Origin: Octopus sinensis
Lineage: Eukaryota
Assembly (NCBI RefSeq): GCF_006345805.1
Contig: NC_043022.1
Span: forward strand, 7,068,001-7,132,000
Direction: 5' to 3'
DNA length: 64,000 bases
Numbering within the stretch: position 1 is the first letter of the stretch; every line of letters begins with the position of its first letter. Shown here piece after piece: positions 12,617 to 25,937 of the stretch. The position numbers and the translations under genes were made by a program. Under the pieces are notes generated by a model, which did no database searches, was not told the DNA's origin, and worked only from the letters and a program-made list of their open reading frames with translations.

Positions 12617-13146
12617 AGGCACAGGAGTGGTTGTGTAGTAAGAAGCTGAGTTCACACTCTGCCGAGGTCGACTTTGCCTTTCATCCTTTCAGGGTCGATA
12701 AATTAAGTACCAGTTACGCACTGGAGTCAATGTAATCGACTTAATCCCTTTGTCTGTCCTTGTTTGTCCATTCTCTGTTTAGCCCCTTGAGGGCAATAAA
12801 GAAATAAGAAGCTTGCTTCCCAACCACATGGTTCTGGGTTCAGTCCGACTGCGTGGCACCTTGGGTAAGTGTTAGCCTCGGGCTGACCAAAGCCTTGTGA
12901 GTGAATATGGCAGACAGAAACTGAAAGAAGCATGTCGTATATGTTTGTGTGTGTATATGTGTGTGTCTGTCCCCACACCATCGCTTGACAACCGATGTTG
13001 GTGTGTTTACGTCTCTCCGTAACTTAGCGGTTCGGCAACAGAAACTGATAGAATAAATACTAGGCTAAGTCCTGGGGTCGATTTCTTCAACTAAAAGGCG
13101 GTGCTCCAGCATGGCCGTAGTTAAATGATTGAAACAAGTAAAAGAA
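12617..13146 (+). mobile_element. SINE family A interrupted by a 5'-truncated family B copy (12648-12804)
   Basis: Nested insert flanked by TAAGAAGCT at 12639-12647 and 12805-12813 (9-bp TSD). Confidence 0.88.
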
Positions 13147-13163
13147 TATATATATATATATAG

Positions 13164-13233
<70 letters not shown>

Positions 13234-13411
13234 GTGGTCTTTTTACCTATTATATACTATTTATTTATTAGTTTGTACTTTACTTAATTATTGGTATATG
13301 TTTTATCGTATATTTAATTTTTTTCTACATGGTATGATTTAATTATATCATTGTGATATCATTGTTGAATTGCTACATGGTGGTTCTTCTCTGATTTATA
13401 TACATTCAGAC

Positions 13412-13446
<35 letters not shown>

Positions 13447-13617
13447 TAAAAGTGAGATAGGGGTTGTAAATTCAACCCTCCATGGGATAACATATATCCA
13501 ATATACTGCTAGAGAAGTACCCAACAAAGCTAATACATAAATGTTAAAAATTGTGATGCAATTAATTCATCCACTGTATTATGTGGGCAAAGGTAAAATT
13601 ATTACCGTAAATTAATA

Positions 13618-13812
13618 ATACAAAATGAGAAAATGGAGAAACATACCTAAATCAATCATCAACCATCAGATAATACCCAATCAATACTTTATTAAACCAT
13701 TACACCACAGCAATGTTATCATTGCTGTGGTGTAATGGTTTAATAAAGTATTGATTGGGTATTATCTGATGGTTGATGATTGATTTAGGTATGTTTCTCC
13801 ATTTTCTCATTT

Positions 13813-13817
<5 letters not shown>
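13618..13817. repeat. Perfect inverted repeat: 98-bp arms, 4-nt spacer
   Basis: 13618-13715 is the exact reverse complement of 13720-13817; spacer TTAT. Confidence 0.97.
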
Positions 13818-13855
<38 letters not shown>

Positions 13856-14173
13856 AGTACAAAGTAAGATAGGGGTTATGGGTGTAACCCACTATGGGAT
13901 ATCATTTATCCAATATACTGTTGGTAAAGTACCCAAATTCTTAATACATAAATGTTTTTAATTGCAATGCAATTAATTCATTTATTGTACTAAATGTATA
14001 TATAACCAAGAATTGGTTTAATTAATTTATACTACGACTTTTAAAATCTGTATTTGTATTATTATCTTATCTTTTGATTTATATAATATTTTTGTATGCT
14101 TTTGATGTTCTCATTTGTAAAATGAATAAATAATCCAACATTATAATATCTGTAAGTTGATGAACAATACAAG

Positions 14174-14214
<41 letters not shown>

Positions 14215-14253
14215 GTATGTATAATTGTATGTGTGTGTGCATGTGTGTGCAAG

Positions 14254-14287
<34 letters not shown>

Positions 14288-14835
14288 TATGTATGTGTAA
14301 TTGTATGTGTGTGCATGTGTGTGTGTGTGTGTGTATGTGTGTGTGTATACATACTACATATCTAAACATACAATAACAACAAATGAATTTGTGATTCACT
14401 GCAACTCTTTCAGGTTCAGGTTTTTCTTCTTTTCTTTTTTTTTTTTTTTTGCCTTTTGATGAACAGAAGTGTTACATCATGGGAGAAAATAAAAGCAGAA
14501 AATGTTTTCAGCAGGTGAATACAGCTAAAAAAATTAATAATTAGAACTAAAGAACCCCCCAATCCACATTTGGTCAGAGAGTGTATCCATGTGTGGCCTT
14601 GATGACTCACTGTGTAATTCAGTCAGCAATTTATGAATGTATGCGTAACAGAACAAATTCGTGTTTACTTTCGTGAGTACGTATCTGTCGTTATATGTTG
14701 TTTGCACACGACAGCTCTATCGCTGAACGACCTGTACTGATTTCATATATTATCTAAAGTTACTCTAATTCTCTTGAAACCCAGAAATTACATACATATA
14801 TATACATGGGGCAAGCGAAAGCGAAATCGAATTGA

Positions 14836-15417
<582 letters not shown>

Positions 15418-15504
15418 GGTAAATCAATAATAAGAGAACAACGGGAAATAATCAATGTAAGTCGATTAGACCTACATCTCTATATATATATAAATGACAA
15501 AATG

Positions 15505-15686
15505 TCTTTCTGTGTGTCATTGGTGAAAGAGTACAGCAGAGTTCGCCACCATTCCTTGCCAGAGCGTCATGGAGCTTTAGGTGTTTTCGCTTAATAAACA
15601 CTCACAACGCCCAGTCTGGGAACATAAACCGCAATCCTACAACCACGAGTCTGCTGCCCTAACCACAGGGCCACTGCGCCTCCACT
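15505..15686 (-). mobile_element. SINE family C head fragment
   Basis: rc tggaggcgcagtggccctgtggttagggcagcagactcg..., matching the head of 19933-20315. Confidence 0.75.
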
Positions 15687-15716
15687 TTAACCCCATACTC
15701 TGACACTAAAATAATT

Positions 15717-16135
15717 GGATCTTTTCGGTTTGAACGGCAGTTTTTAACATAATTTCTAGGTAACTAAAAAATTTTAAACTTCGTATACTGGTAGAATGTG
15801 TTTATAAAACATCTTTTTCTCTTCGCTCTATTGAGAAAATTCTATAGTTTGTAAGATATTTGTTGTTTTTTTCTTCCATTTCTGCAATTTCAACCAATCA
15901 CTGACGTCTATTGAGGTAAAAAAAACATTCTGTGCCGTATGAATATGTCCCTCGTTTAAGAAACACGTTGGGTTTATTTACATTTGTGAAGAAAAAAGAT
16001 ACCCTTTCGCCCCACCCCTAACCCTAACCCTAAAACAGATTGAAATGCAATAGATCGATACTAGGGTCATAATTATGGGTGACAATTTCATATGACACTG
16101 CTAGAAAAAAACTGCCGTTCAAACCGAAAAGATCC
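15717..16135 (+). mobile_element. MITE family G copy 1 (GGATC termini, ~30-bp TIR, internal CCCTAA repeats)
   Basis: GGATCTTTTCGGTTTGAACGGCAGTTTTT ... AAAAACTGCCGTTCAAACCGAAAAGATCC. Flanks AAATAATT / AAATAATC (7/8) suggest an 8-bp TSD; GG ends plus an 8-bp TSD would fit Merlin (inference). Confidence 0.85.
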
Positions 16136-16176
16136 AAATAATCCAGCATCCCTTTCTTTATGAATTAAGTGTAATA

Positions 16177-16477
16177 CTTATTTGTTATACTTATATGCCT
16201 GGCTCATAAGGACCGGTTTCCCGGTTACCTTGGCATATAGGTTCCTCACCTGGACGGGACGCCGGTCCATCGCAGGTGAGCTGCAAGATGCAGGAGGAAA
16301 GAGTGAGAGAAAGTTGTGGCGAAAGAGTCAGCAGAAGTTCGCCATTACCTTCTGCCGGAGCTGCGTGGAGCTTAGGTGTTTTTGCTCATAAACACACACA
16401 TCGCCCGGTCTGAGATTCGAACCCGCAATCCCTCGACGGCGAGTCCACTGCTCTAACCACTAAGCCATGTACCTCCA
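16177..16477 (-). mobile_element. SINE family C2 (family C head, different 3' end)
   Basis: Inverted homolog of 16889-17190. Confidence 0.8.
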
Positions 16478-16888
16478 CTGTAATACTTATTGGTGACAGT
16501 GGCCTGATAGTGCATGTGCACTCACGAAACCTAAAAAAAAAATTGCCTCGCTTTTTTGCTTTCTTTCTTTTTTTTTTTTTTTTTTTCTTTTTCAGTAAGA
16601 CAAACAGGTCGGCTGTTTGTGGCACCTGTAGCTGAGAGACAAATCGTTGTTTTGAATGGGAACAATTACTCGCCATTGCAAACAGTAGCAGCTGCACTGT
16701 AAAAGATTGCACCGAGTCCAGCTCTAAATATAAGATGTATTTTTCATAGAGGGAAGGTCAATTTGACTTGACCTACATATTGATTAAATCTTCTTTGGTT
16801 CACACACACAACACACACACACACACACACACACAATATATAGTCGCATATATATAGGTAATAAATATATCCATCCATACATATATAC

Positions 16889-17190
16889 ATGTGGAGACAC
16901 ATGGTTTAGTAGTTAGAGCAGCGGTCTCGCAGTTGAGGGATTGTGGGTTCAAATCTCAGACCGGGCAATATGTGTGTTTATGAGCGAAATGCTTAAGCTC
17001 CACGTGGCTCTGGCAGAATTTAATGGCGAACTTCTGCTGACTCTTTTGCCACAACTTTCTCTCACTCTTTCCTCCTGCATCTTGCAGCTCACCTGCGATG
17101 GACCAACGTCCTGTCCAGGTGGGGAACCTATACACCAAGGAAACTGGGAAACTGGCCCTTATGAGCCAGGCATAGCTCAAGAAGGAACAA
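16889..17190 (+). mobile_element. SINE family C2
   Basis: tRNA-like A/B boxes (tggtttagtagttagagc...gggttcaaatc); homologous to 16177-16477. Confidence 0.8.
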
Positions 17191-17277
17191 ACAACACACA
17201 CACACACACATACATAGATACATACATAAATACATACGCAGCACGATTTACAATGCCATCCGTAAAAAAGACTGTCC

Positions 17278-17728
17278 GGATCTTTTCGGTCTGAACGGCA
17301 GTTTTTAAAAATAATATCTATGTAACTAAACGCATTTAAACTTCATATACTGGTAGAATGTGTTTATAAAACATCTTTTTCTCTTGGCTTTCTTGAGAAA
17401 ATTCTGTAGTTTGTAAGATATTTTCTTCAATTTTGGCAATTTCAACCAATCAATGACGTCTATTGAGGTGAAAGCATTATCTGCCGTAAAATCTTCTGGC
17501 GGTGAAATATGAAAATGTCCCTCGTTTAAAAAACTGATTGGGTTTATTTACATTTCTGAAGAAAAAAAAGATGCCCTTCCCCCCACCCCTAACCCTAAAC
17601 CTTAACCCTAACTAACCCTAACCCTAAAACAGATTGAGATGCAATAGATCGATACTAGGGTTATAATTATGATCGACAATTTCATATGACACCGCTAGAA
17701 AAAACTGCCGTTCAAACCGAAAAGATCC
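17278..17728 (+). mobile_element. MITE family G copy 2, expanded CCCTAA tract
   Basis: Same TIRs and internal sequence as 15717-16135. Confidence 0.85.
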
Positions 17729-18090
17729 AGGGAATTTCACAATGCCAATTTTTGGCAATTTTTGGGGGGATGGGCGGAAGTCTTTCCCGATTCGCTCGGC
17801 TAGACTGCTCCAGACGGTACCCCAGCCATAGCTGCAGTCCATTGACTCAAACAAGTAAACGATAATACACACACACACACGCAAGCACACACGCACGCAC
17901 TCAAAAGGGCGACAACTCCAAAATGTTGAACGTTTCATTCGACAATTACTAAGCGGAGGGGAGGCAACTCCGTCGAATCTCAATCTTTCGTGACCCAAAG
18001 GAAATTACGTTATTTCGCAAACGTTTGATGAATGCAATTAAACAGAATTGAATATTTATTCATTTGCTTCTGATCCTATTAAGAATTATC

Positions 18091-18512
18091 GGATCTTTTC
18101 ACTTTGACCGGCAGATTTAAAAAATAATTTCCACGTAACTAAACACTTTTAAACTTCGTATACTAGTAGAATGTGTTTATAAAACATCTTTTTCTCTTGG
18201 CTTTACTGAGAAAATTCTATAGTTTGTAAGCTATTTGTTGCTAACTTTCTTGAATTTCGGCAATTTCAACCAATCAATGACATTTTCATACGGCACAGAA
18301 TGTTTTTTTTTACTTCAATTGACGTCATTGATTGGTTGAAATTGCAGAAATTGCAGAAAAAAACAACAAATATCCTACAAACTATAGAATTTTCTCAATA
18401 AAGCCAAGAGAAAAAGATGTTTTATAAACACATTCTACCAGTATACGAAGTTTAATATTTTTTAGTTACCTAGGAATTATGTTAAAAACTGCCGTTCAAA
18501 CCAAAGAGATCC
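18091..18512. mobile_element. MITE family G fold-back chimera (left arm plus inverted left arm)
   Basis: Both halves match the left half of copies 1 and 2; junction near 18281. Confidence 0.8.
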
Positions 18513-18810
18513 AATTCCCCACCCCACCCCACCCACCCCGTTTCCCCCCAACTCAAAGTAAGCCCACTCTTTGCTAGATCCAGCTGCGGAGATGATGAGG
18601 AAGTGGACCTTCTCAGATGAGACTTTCATTGGAGCTGCCTGTTGCCAGGCATTCCGATAGGCAAAAAGTGATCAACGAATAAAATGGTAACTGCTAGTGG
18701 AAGGAGAATTCGCGAATTCGTGAACATTCCGGTATTGAATGCACTGACAGACAATAGACACAGTTCTGTTTCCTATTTCTTTAATCACCATTTGTTTACT
18801 TCTTAATCTA

Positions 18811-19060
18811 ATCATCATCATCATCGTTTAACGTCCGCTTTCCATGCTAGCATGGGTTGGATGGTTCAACTGGGGTCTGGCAAGCCCGAAGGCTGCACCA
18901 GGCCAGTCAGATCTGGCAGTGTTTCTACAGCTGGATGCCCTTCCTAACGCCAACCACTCCGAGAGTGTAGTGGGTGATTTTATGTGCCACCGACACAGGT
19001 GCCAGACAAGGCTGGCAGACAGTCACGCTCAGATGGTGTTTTTTATGTGCCACCGACACA
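18811..19060 (-). mobile_element. SINE family E 3' part
   Basis: catcatcatcgtttaacgtccgctttccatgctagc... is the rc of the family E tail. Confidence 0.85.
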
Positions 19061-19238
19061 AAACGAAGTCGAAAAAACTTTTGAGCCACACAGGAGATAT
19101 CAGAAATATCCTTATGCGTCAACGGATGTTATCATGTAACCACTAGTCCTTTTCATGATGTAGACGTAATATCTTTAAGAATATGTGTGACAGGAAACCA
19201 CTATATCCTGTGGTTAACAGAAGAATAGCTACATGTTA

Positions 19239-19447
19239 CAGTGGCTTGCAAAAATCTACACCCTCCTTTGAAAATTCATATATTTTGTATATTTTAACAG
19301 AGAACAACACATTTCATCCTGATTGTTAAATAATAAGCAGATCCATCACACTTTCCTTTGATATAAAAATTACATTTTCAAAATTTCCCAGTGACTCTTA
19401 AAATCATATAACTTAGAAAAATGTCTTTGCAAAAGTCTACAGCCCTC
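19239..19447 (+). mobile_element. Tc1-like terminal IR/DR remnant
   Basis: TA|CAGTGGCTTGCAAAAATCTACACCC with an inner direct repeat TTGCAAAAGTCTACAGCCC about 190 bp in. No partner end found. Confidence 0.5.
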
Positions 19448-19932
19448 AAGATATTATACTGTGTAGTTTGTCATTGATGTATACAATCCAAAACAATCAA
19501 AAGTGGTAATGAAAGGGTTAAACTTAAGATGGTGGAGAGGCACAATTGTTAGAGTGTTGGCAAAATACCTTCCAATATTTCTACCAGCTCTTTATATTCT
19601 AGTTTCAAATCCTGTTGAGGCTAACTTTGTTTCTCTTCCTTTCATGGTTGATGAAAAAAGTGCCAGCCAAGTAATAAGATCAATTTAATCAATTAACCAC
19701 TTCCTCTAAAATTTGAGGCATTCCCCTATTTTACAAACAAACATAACCAATTAATCAATTGTCTTGGGAAAAATAAATCTGCATGTTAGGAAACAGGATA
19801 GCTTTCCTGTCATTCGTGAAATTTACAAGATACCATAATTTCAGCAATTCACATAGTCATATTGTAGGAGATGTCATCATCATTTCACTAAAGATGCATA
19901 CAGTAATATAGAAACTGATATTGTCAAATCAG

Positions 19933-20315
19933 TGGAAGCGCAATGGCCCAGTAGTTAGGGCAGCGGACTCGCAGTCATAGGATCGTGGTTTCGATTCCCA
20001 GACCAGGCGTTGTGAGTGTTTATTGAGCGAAAACACCTAAAGCTCCACAAGGCTCCGGCAGGGGATGGTGGTGATCCCTGCTGTACTCTTTCACCACAAC
20101 TTTCTCTCACTCTTACTTCCTGTTTTTGTTGTACCTGTATTTCAAAGGGCCAGCCTTGTCACTCTCTGTGTCACGCTGAATATCCCCGAGAACTACGTTA
20201 AGGGTACACGTGTCTGTGGAGTGCTCAGCCACTTACACATTAATTTCACGAGCAGGCTGTTCCGTTGATTCAGATCAACTGGAACCCTCGTCGTCGTAAC
20301 CGACGGAGTGCTTCC
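19933..20315 (+). mobile_element. SINE family C, full length
   Basis: tRNA-like head; 13-bp TSD ATTGTCAAATCAG at 19920-19932 and 20316-20328. Confidence 0.93.
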
Positions 20316-20812
20316 ATTGTCAAATCAGCTTTCCATATGAAAACTTTCATTAATTAAGAAATCTTAACCATAACCAATATTTTTTATGCTATTTCACCAA
20401 TGAGCAACTAATAAGGCAGAGTTTAAATCCATGCTTCCTTCTCCAGTTTATCATATGCCTCTCAATCCATTCAACCATTTATTGAAAGGTCAATAATCAC
20501 CAGTTTATGTTCAATGATTCCAAACAGAAATTATCTGTGTGCTTGTATGTGAGTGCCTGAGCAATTGCATGTGTATCATCTCTCTTGAGAACAATAGATT
20601 TCGTTGGTGGTACCTGTTATCTCAATTCTAACTTTTGGTGGCTGAGAAGAGGTCAGGAGGGTCAAGTGACAAAGATATTATTCTGCTTAGCTAAGGCATC
20701 TGGTAAATGTAACTGCTGTAGACTCACAGAAAAACTATTGTTTTAGCGTGAGAAAAGTGCTGTTGAACTGTTAAGTGAAATTTGGTGATCAACAATCAAA
20801 TCCACGCCATGC

Positions 20813-21363
20813 CAGCAAGACTTTTGTTAGCCGCTCTCCAGCCATCTATTTAAAACTGTATACAGCTATGGTACGACCACACTTGGAATTCGCATCATCA
20901 GTTTGGAACCCCTATCTTGCTCAGAACATTGACCTCCTGGAATCTGTCCAGAGACGTGCAACCAAACGCATACCCTCCATCAGACACCTACCGTATTCTG
21001 AGCGCCTTGTTTCCCTGGGCATGGATTCACTGAAGCTCCGGCGTCTGGCGACGGACTTGGTAAGCACCCACAAAGTTATCAACCACCTCACCAACAACAA
21101 CACTGAACACCTTTTTGATCTCCATGTGTCTAACACATGTGGACATGCCTACAAAGTCAGAAAACAACACAGCTCCCATGATTTTCGGAAACATTTTTTC
21201 ACGCTCAGAGTTGCTGAAGCATGGAACAAACTGCCTGCGTCAGTTGTTGACTGCCATGACACTGCATCCTTTAAGGCCCTCATGCTTTCCGAAATCCGCC
21301 GAAACTACACCTGATTATATATACACTTTAGATGAGTTGTAGTGCACCTGAGCACTGTACACA

Positions 21364-21393
<30 letters not shown>
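20813..21393 (+). mobile_element. CR1 LINE 3' fragment (ORF2 C-terminus, 3' UTR, (ATT)n tail)
   Basis: LYTAMVRPHLEFASSVWNP...RRL..DL...RKHFFTLRVAEAWNKLP are typical CR1 C-terminal motifs. Confidence 0.93.
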
Positions 21394-21395
<2 letters not shown>

Positions 21396-21548
21396 ACCAC
21401 CTTATCACCTATGTCTATCTCTCTATTCATAATCTAACCCAGTGCTACTCAACCATTTCTCACCCATGAACCACCTTAATCTCTGTTTTACTCAGGAGGG
21501 CTCTCAAAGTCAATCAGTGTTTTAAAAAAATCATTATTATCTATATAT

Positions 21549-21714
21549 AGGCGCAGAAGTGGCTGTGTGGTAAGTAGCTTGCTAACCAACCACATGGTTC
21601 TGAGTTCAGTCCCACTGCATGGCATCTTGGGCAAGTGTCTTCTGCTATAGCCCCGGGCCGACCAATGCCTTGTGAGTGGATTTGGTAGACGGAAACTGGA
21701 AGAAGCCTGTCGTA

Positions 21715-21747
<33 letters not shown>

Positions 21748-21974
21748 GTGCGTGTGTGTATGTGTTTGTGTGTCTGTCTTTGTTCCCCTAGCATTGCTTG
21801 ACAACCGATGCTGGTGTGTTTACGTCCCCGTCACTTAGCGGTTCGGCAAAAGAGACCGATAGAATAAGTACTGGGCTTACAAAGAATAAGTCCCGGGGTC
21901 GATTTGCTCGACTAAAGGCGGTGCTCCAGTATGGCCGCAGTCAAATGACTGAAGCAAGTAAAAGAGTAAAAGAG
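21549..21974 (+). mobile_element. SINE family A, full length
   Basis: Head-to-tail match to the family. Confidence 0.92.
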
Positions 21975-22385
21975 TATATATAAAACTGAGAATGTGTGTC
22001 TGTCTGTGTGAATCCCTAAAACTTAAGAACTACACAACCAATTTCATTCAAATTTTACACATGCTTTACTTAGGGTCCATGTAGTTAACTTTTTTGCCTA
22101 GTGTGAGCTCACAGCAATATCATATCTTCTCCACTATTTCAGTATTACATATCAAAAGTGAAACAAAAACATCTCTCTATTGTAATGTCAGATGCTTTCA
22201 CTTTAATACTGAAACTATTAAAGTCAAACTATTATATAAGAGGGATGAACCATTAACAGTGGACATCTATTATGCTAGAAGAAGATCTGCTATGGTCTTA
22301 TATGCTACACCACTGGTTTTCAATTCATATTAACCAAATTAATATTCAATTGTTCATCCTTATTATTTTAAATTTAAATTTACAC

Positions 22386-22433
<48 letters not shown>

Positions 22434-22573
22434 GTATAGATGTATACATATAGATGTATATATATATACAAGTATCTATATGGATGTATATATATATATA
22501 TATTATATATATATATATATATACATGTATATATAGATGTATATGTATAGATGTATGTGTACATGTGTATATA

Positions 22574-22618
<45 letters not shown>

Positions 22619-23151
22619 TGTACATGTAATATATACACATATATACATCCATACACCTCCTCCACACACATATACATAGGTGCAGGCATGGCTGTGTGGT
22701 AACAAACTTGGTTTCAAAACACATGGTCCTCAGTTCAGTCCCACTGTGTGGTAACTTGGCATGTGTCTTCTGCTATAGTCTCTGACCAACCAAAGCCTTG
22801 TCAGTGGATTTTGTAGACAGAAACTGAAAGAAATCAATTGTGTGTATATGCAAGTCGATGTGTGTGTGTTTGTGTTTCTCCTTCATCACTGCTTCACAAC
22901 TGGTGTTTATTTACATCCACATAACTTACTGGTTTCACAAGAAGAAACTGATAGAATAAGTACCAGGCTTATCAACATAAAAAAAACCTAGACAGTGTCT
23001 CATATTTTTGTTTGCCCACTCAGTTGTATCTATCAATTTATCTTTGTGTGTGTGTGTGTGTATGTGTGTGTGTGTGTATGTGTGTGTGTGTGTGTGTGCG
23101 TGTGTGTACATATATATATATGGATTTCGTAGACAGGAACTGAATCAAATC

Positions 23152-23186
<35 letters not shown>

Positions 23187-24590
23187 TATGTATATATGTA
23201 AGTGTATGTGTGTGTCTCTGTGTTTCGCCCTCATCACTGCTTCACAACTGCTGTTCACTTATTTACATCCCCATAACTTACTGGTTTCACAAGAACAAAC
23301 TAATAGAATAATTACCAGGCTTATCAACATAAAAAAACCCCACTAGGCTCTGTCTCATATTTTTGTTTGTCCACTCAGTTGTATCTAACAATTTATCTTT
23401 TTTATGTGTGTGTATATATATATAATACCCTAATGGAGGTCTTAACTCCCAAATTTTAGCCATTTCTTTTATGATCCAAAACTAGGTCAAAAGTACTGAA
23501 TGGATCTTTATGAAATTTGGAAATTATATTCTATGCATAAGGGCCATAACCCCCATGACAATTCATATATTTTTGCTGTTGATGAAATTTTAACCATAGA
23601 TATTAGACACAAATGAAGTAATATTTATAAAATTTCATCTTCTTACAAGTTGCAAAGACCCCCTCTATGGGGACTTAACACCCACAATTTTGTCATTTTA
23701 TCTAAGCAAAAACGAATACAGTTGTGCTCTTGGAAGCTGTAGGGTTACCTGAGCATAAAAGATGAGCATTATTTGTAATTCAATGGTACAACAGTGTAAC
23801 AGTTTGCTTTGACATACAATTACATTGTGATTTCTGCAATGTGCTGCATAAATTGTCAAGTAAATGAGAGGCATCTTTGACTCCACTGATTCAGTTGCAA
23901 AGTGTTGAGTAAAGTTATTTGATTGCAGACCTCCTTTCAGTCTTTTTATTATCACTGGGTCACACATAGTCCCCAGATGGTAACATTGATTTCAAGGCCT
24001 TCCCAGATGAGTGACTGGTTATTCAAAGACATTTATACATTGTAAATTTATTCCGTCCAGTATAGTGGTCATTTGCAAACTCCAGAGGTGACACTTTCAT
24101 TTCTCCTTAGCCCTCATGTCACACAGTTGTTAATGTTTATTTCAGTTGGGTCACGCCCTTCCAATTGCAATAGATTCGTAATGCACCTTATGGCTGTGCC
24201 TGTCACCTGGATGATGAGGAATCCTACATTGGGAGTGGTAATGACTGGGGTAGGGTAGCTGACTGCTTATTGTGATCATTCGTCTTTTGGTTTCCTATTT
24301 CAAAGAAATTCAAACAATAGATATAAGACCCAAGTTAAGATTCTCAACAATTCAACTTCTCTGGTTGACAATAAGATGCCCACCCCCAACAGGGGCCTTA
24401 ACTCTCGCATTTTAGAGCTCAATGACCTTCATTTTTCAGGAGCAAAATCTTTTTTAGGGTATGTAATGAGGGAAATAACCCTTAAATTGCAATTTTGATG
24501 AAATTCGAAACTTAGATATTCCAGTTCATTACAGAAAAGTCTAATTCCTCAATTGCATGTAACACAGGCAACACCGGGTATCTCTGCTAG

Positions 24591-24592
<2 letters not shown>
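21975..24592 (-). mobile_element. Possible Helentron-like element ends with intervening insertions
   Basis: tatatataaaactgagaatgtgtgtctgtctg at 21975 and caacaccgggtatctctgctagta at 24570-24592 resemble the two termini of the other HINEs. That they belong to one element is unproven. Confidence 0.35.
22678..23400 (+). mobile_element. Diverged SINE family A with a ~190-bp tandem duplication of its 3' part plus flank
   Basis: 22860-23045 is repeated at about 23215-23402. Confidence 0.7.
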
Positions 24593-24651
<59 letters not shown>

Positions 24652-24689
24652 GTATATATATATGTATATATATATATATGTATATATGT

Positions 24690-24887
24690 ATGTGTGTGTC
24701 TGTGTTTGTCCCCCAACATCGCTTGACAACCGATGCTGGTGTGTTTACGTCCCCGTAACTTAGCGGTTTGATGAAAGAGACTGATAAAATAAGTACTAGG
24801 CTTACAAAGAATAAATCCTAGGGTCGATTTGCTCGACTAAAATTCGGTACTCCAGCATGGCCACAGTCAAATGACTAAAAAGAGTAT
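24690..24887 (+). mobile_element. SINE family A 3' half
   Basis: tgtgtttgtcccccaacatcgcttgacaaccg...aaatgactaaaaagag. Confidence 0.85.
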
Positions 24888-25189
24888 ATGCTGCACATAC
24901 CATAACTGATCCAAAACTTTAAACTTTATCTCTGGCAATGACAATGCTGTGATGAGAATGAGTTTCATAATATCTTCTGGATTTTCTTTGAATGACAGAA
25001 GGAAGCTTGAGAATTAATCCTAAGAAGGAAGTCTTTGATTGACTCGTTTTCTAGTTGTTTCAGTTCCAATAATTTTAATCTGTCAGCACTTAAGAGTCTC
25101 GCCTTCAGCTTTATTAGTTGCTGTAAAACATTCATTATTTGTTGATATTTTACATTCTGAAGGTTTACCAGGAAAAGAACATCCTTTAA

Positions 25190-25412
25190 CCCTTTAGTGT
25201 TTGCATTATTCTACCAAAATTAATGCTTCTTCATCCACATTGTTTTGAACTAATCATGCATTATCTTGTAGCTATGAGAATTTGATAAGGTAGCTGTTAA
25301 TTTTTTCAATGATAGTGTAGGGTTGGTGTGAGAAAGACCAGATCTGGCCATTTTGAACATAAAACAGGCAGAATACTTTTGGCCAGATATGGCCGGTTTA
25401 AATGCTAAAGGG
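25190..25412 (-). mobile_element. piggyBac-type MITE family F
   Basis: TTAA|CCCTTTAG...CTAAAGGG|TTAA. Confidence 0.88.
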
Positions 25413-25604
25413 TTAACTTTATTATGGCTTCAGTTCTACAGGTAGAAAGAAATGTTGGCTTCTTTTTCACCTCTTCAACATCATTGGATTCAATTTTTGC
25501 TTCGAACTGCTTCAGCCAGGCATAAGCTTCTTCCAAGTTGTTCAAGTTTAGATGTTTTCCGGTTGTCATGTTTACCACCAAGTAATGTATTCCATTCTTA
25601 TAGG

Positions 25605-25890
25605 ACCAACCACCTCACCAACAACAACACTGAACACCTTTTTGATCTCCATGTGTCTAACACACCTGGACATGCCTACAAAGTCAGAAAACAACACAGC
25701 TCCCATGACTTTCGGAAACATTTTTTCACGCTCAGAGTTGCTGAAGCATGGAACAAACTGCCTGCGTCAGTCGTTGACTGCCATGACACTGCATCCTTTA
25801 AGGCCCTCATGCTTTCCGAAATCCGCCGAAACTACACCTGATTATATATACACTTTAGATGAGTTGTAGTGCACCTGAGCACTGTACACA

Positions 25891-25934
<44 letters not shown>
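25605..25934 (+). mobile_element. CR1 3' fragment
   Basis: Near-identical to the 3' end of 20813-21393; (ATT)n tail. Confidence 0.92.

Positions 25935-25937
<3 letters not shown>

Noticed and set aside
16015-16035. Telomere or chromosome-fusion relic
   Set aside because: The CCCTAA repeats are internal to a multi-copy MITE.
19933-19995. tRNA genes
   Set aside because: The tRNA-like A/B boxes here and elsewhere are SINE heads that continue into SINE bodies flanked by TSDs.
23698-24300. Possible coding remnant (Rep/helicase or transposase) inside the Helentron-like interval
   Set aside because: The frames I translated had frequent stops and no recognisable motifs.
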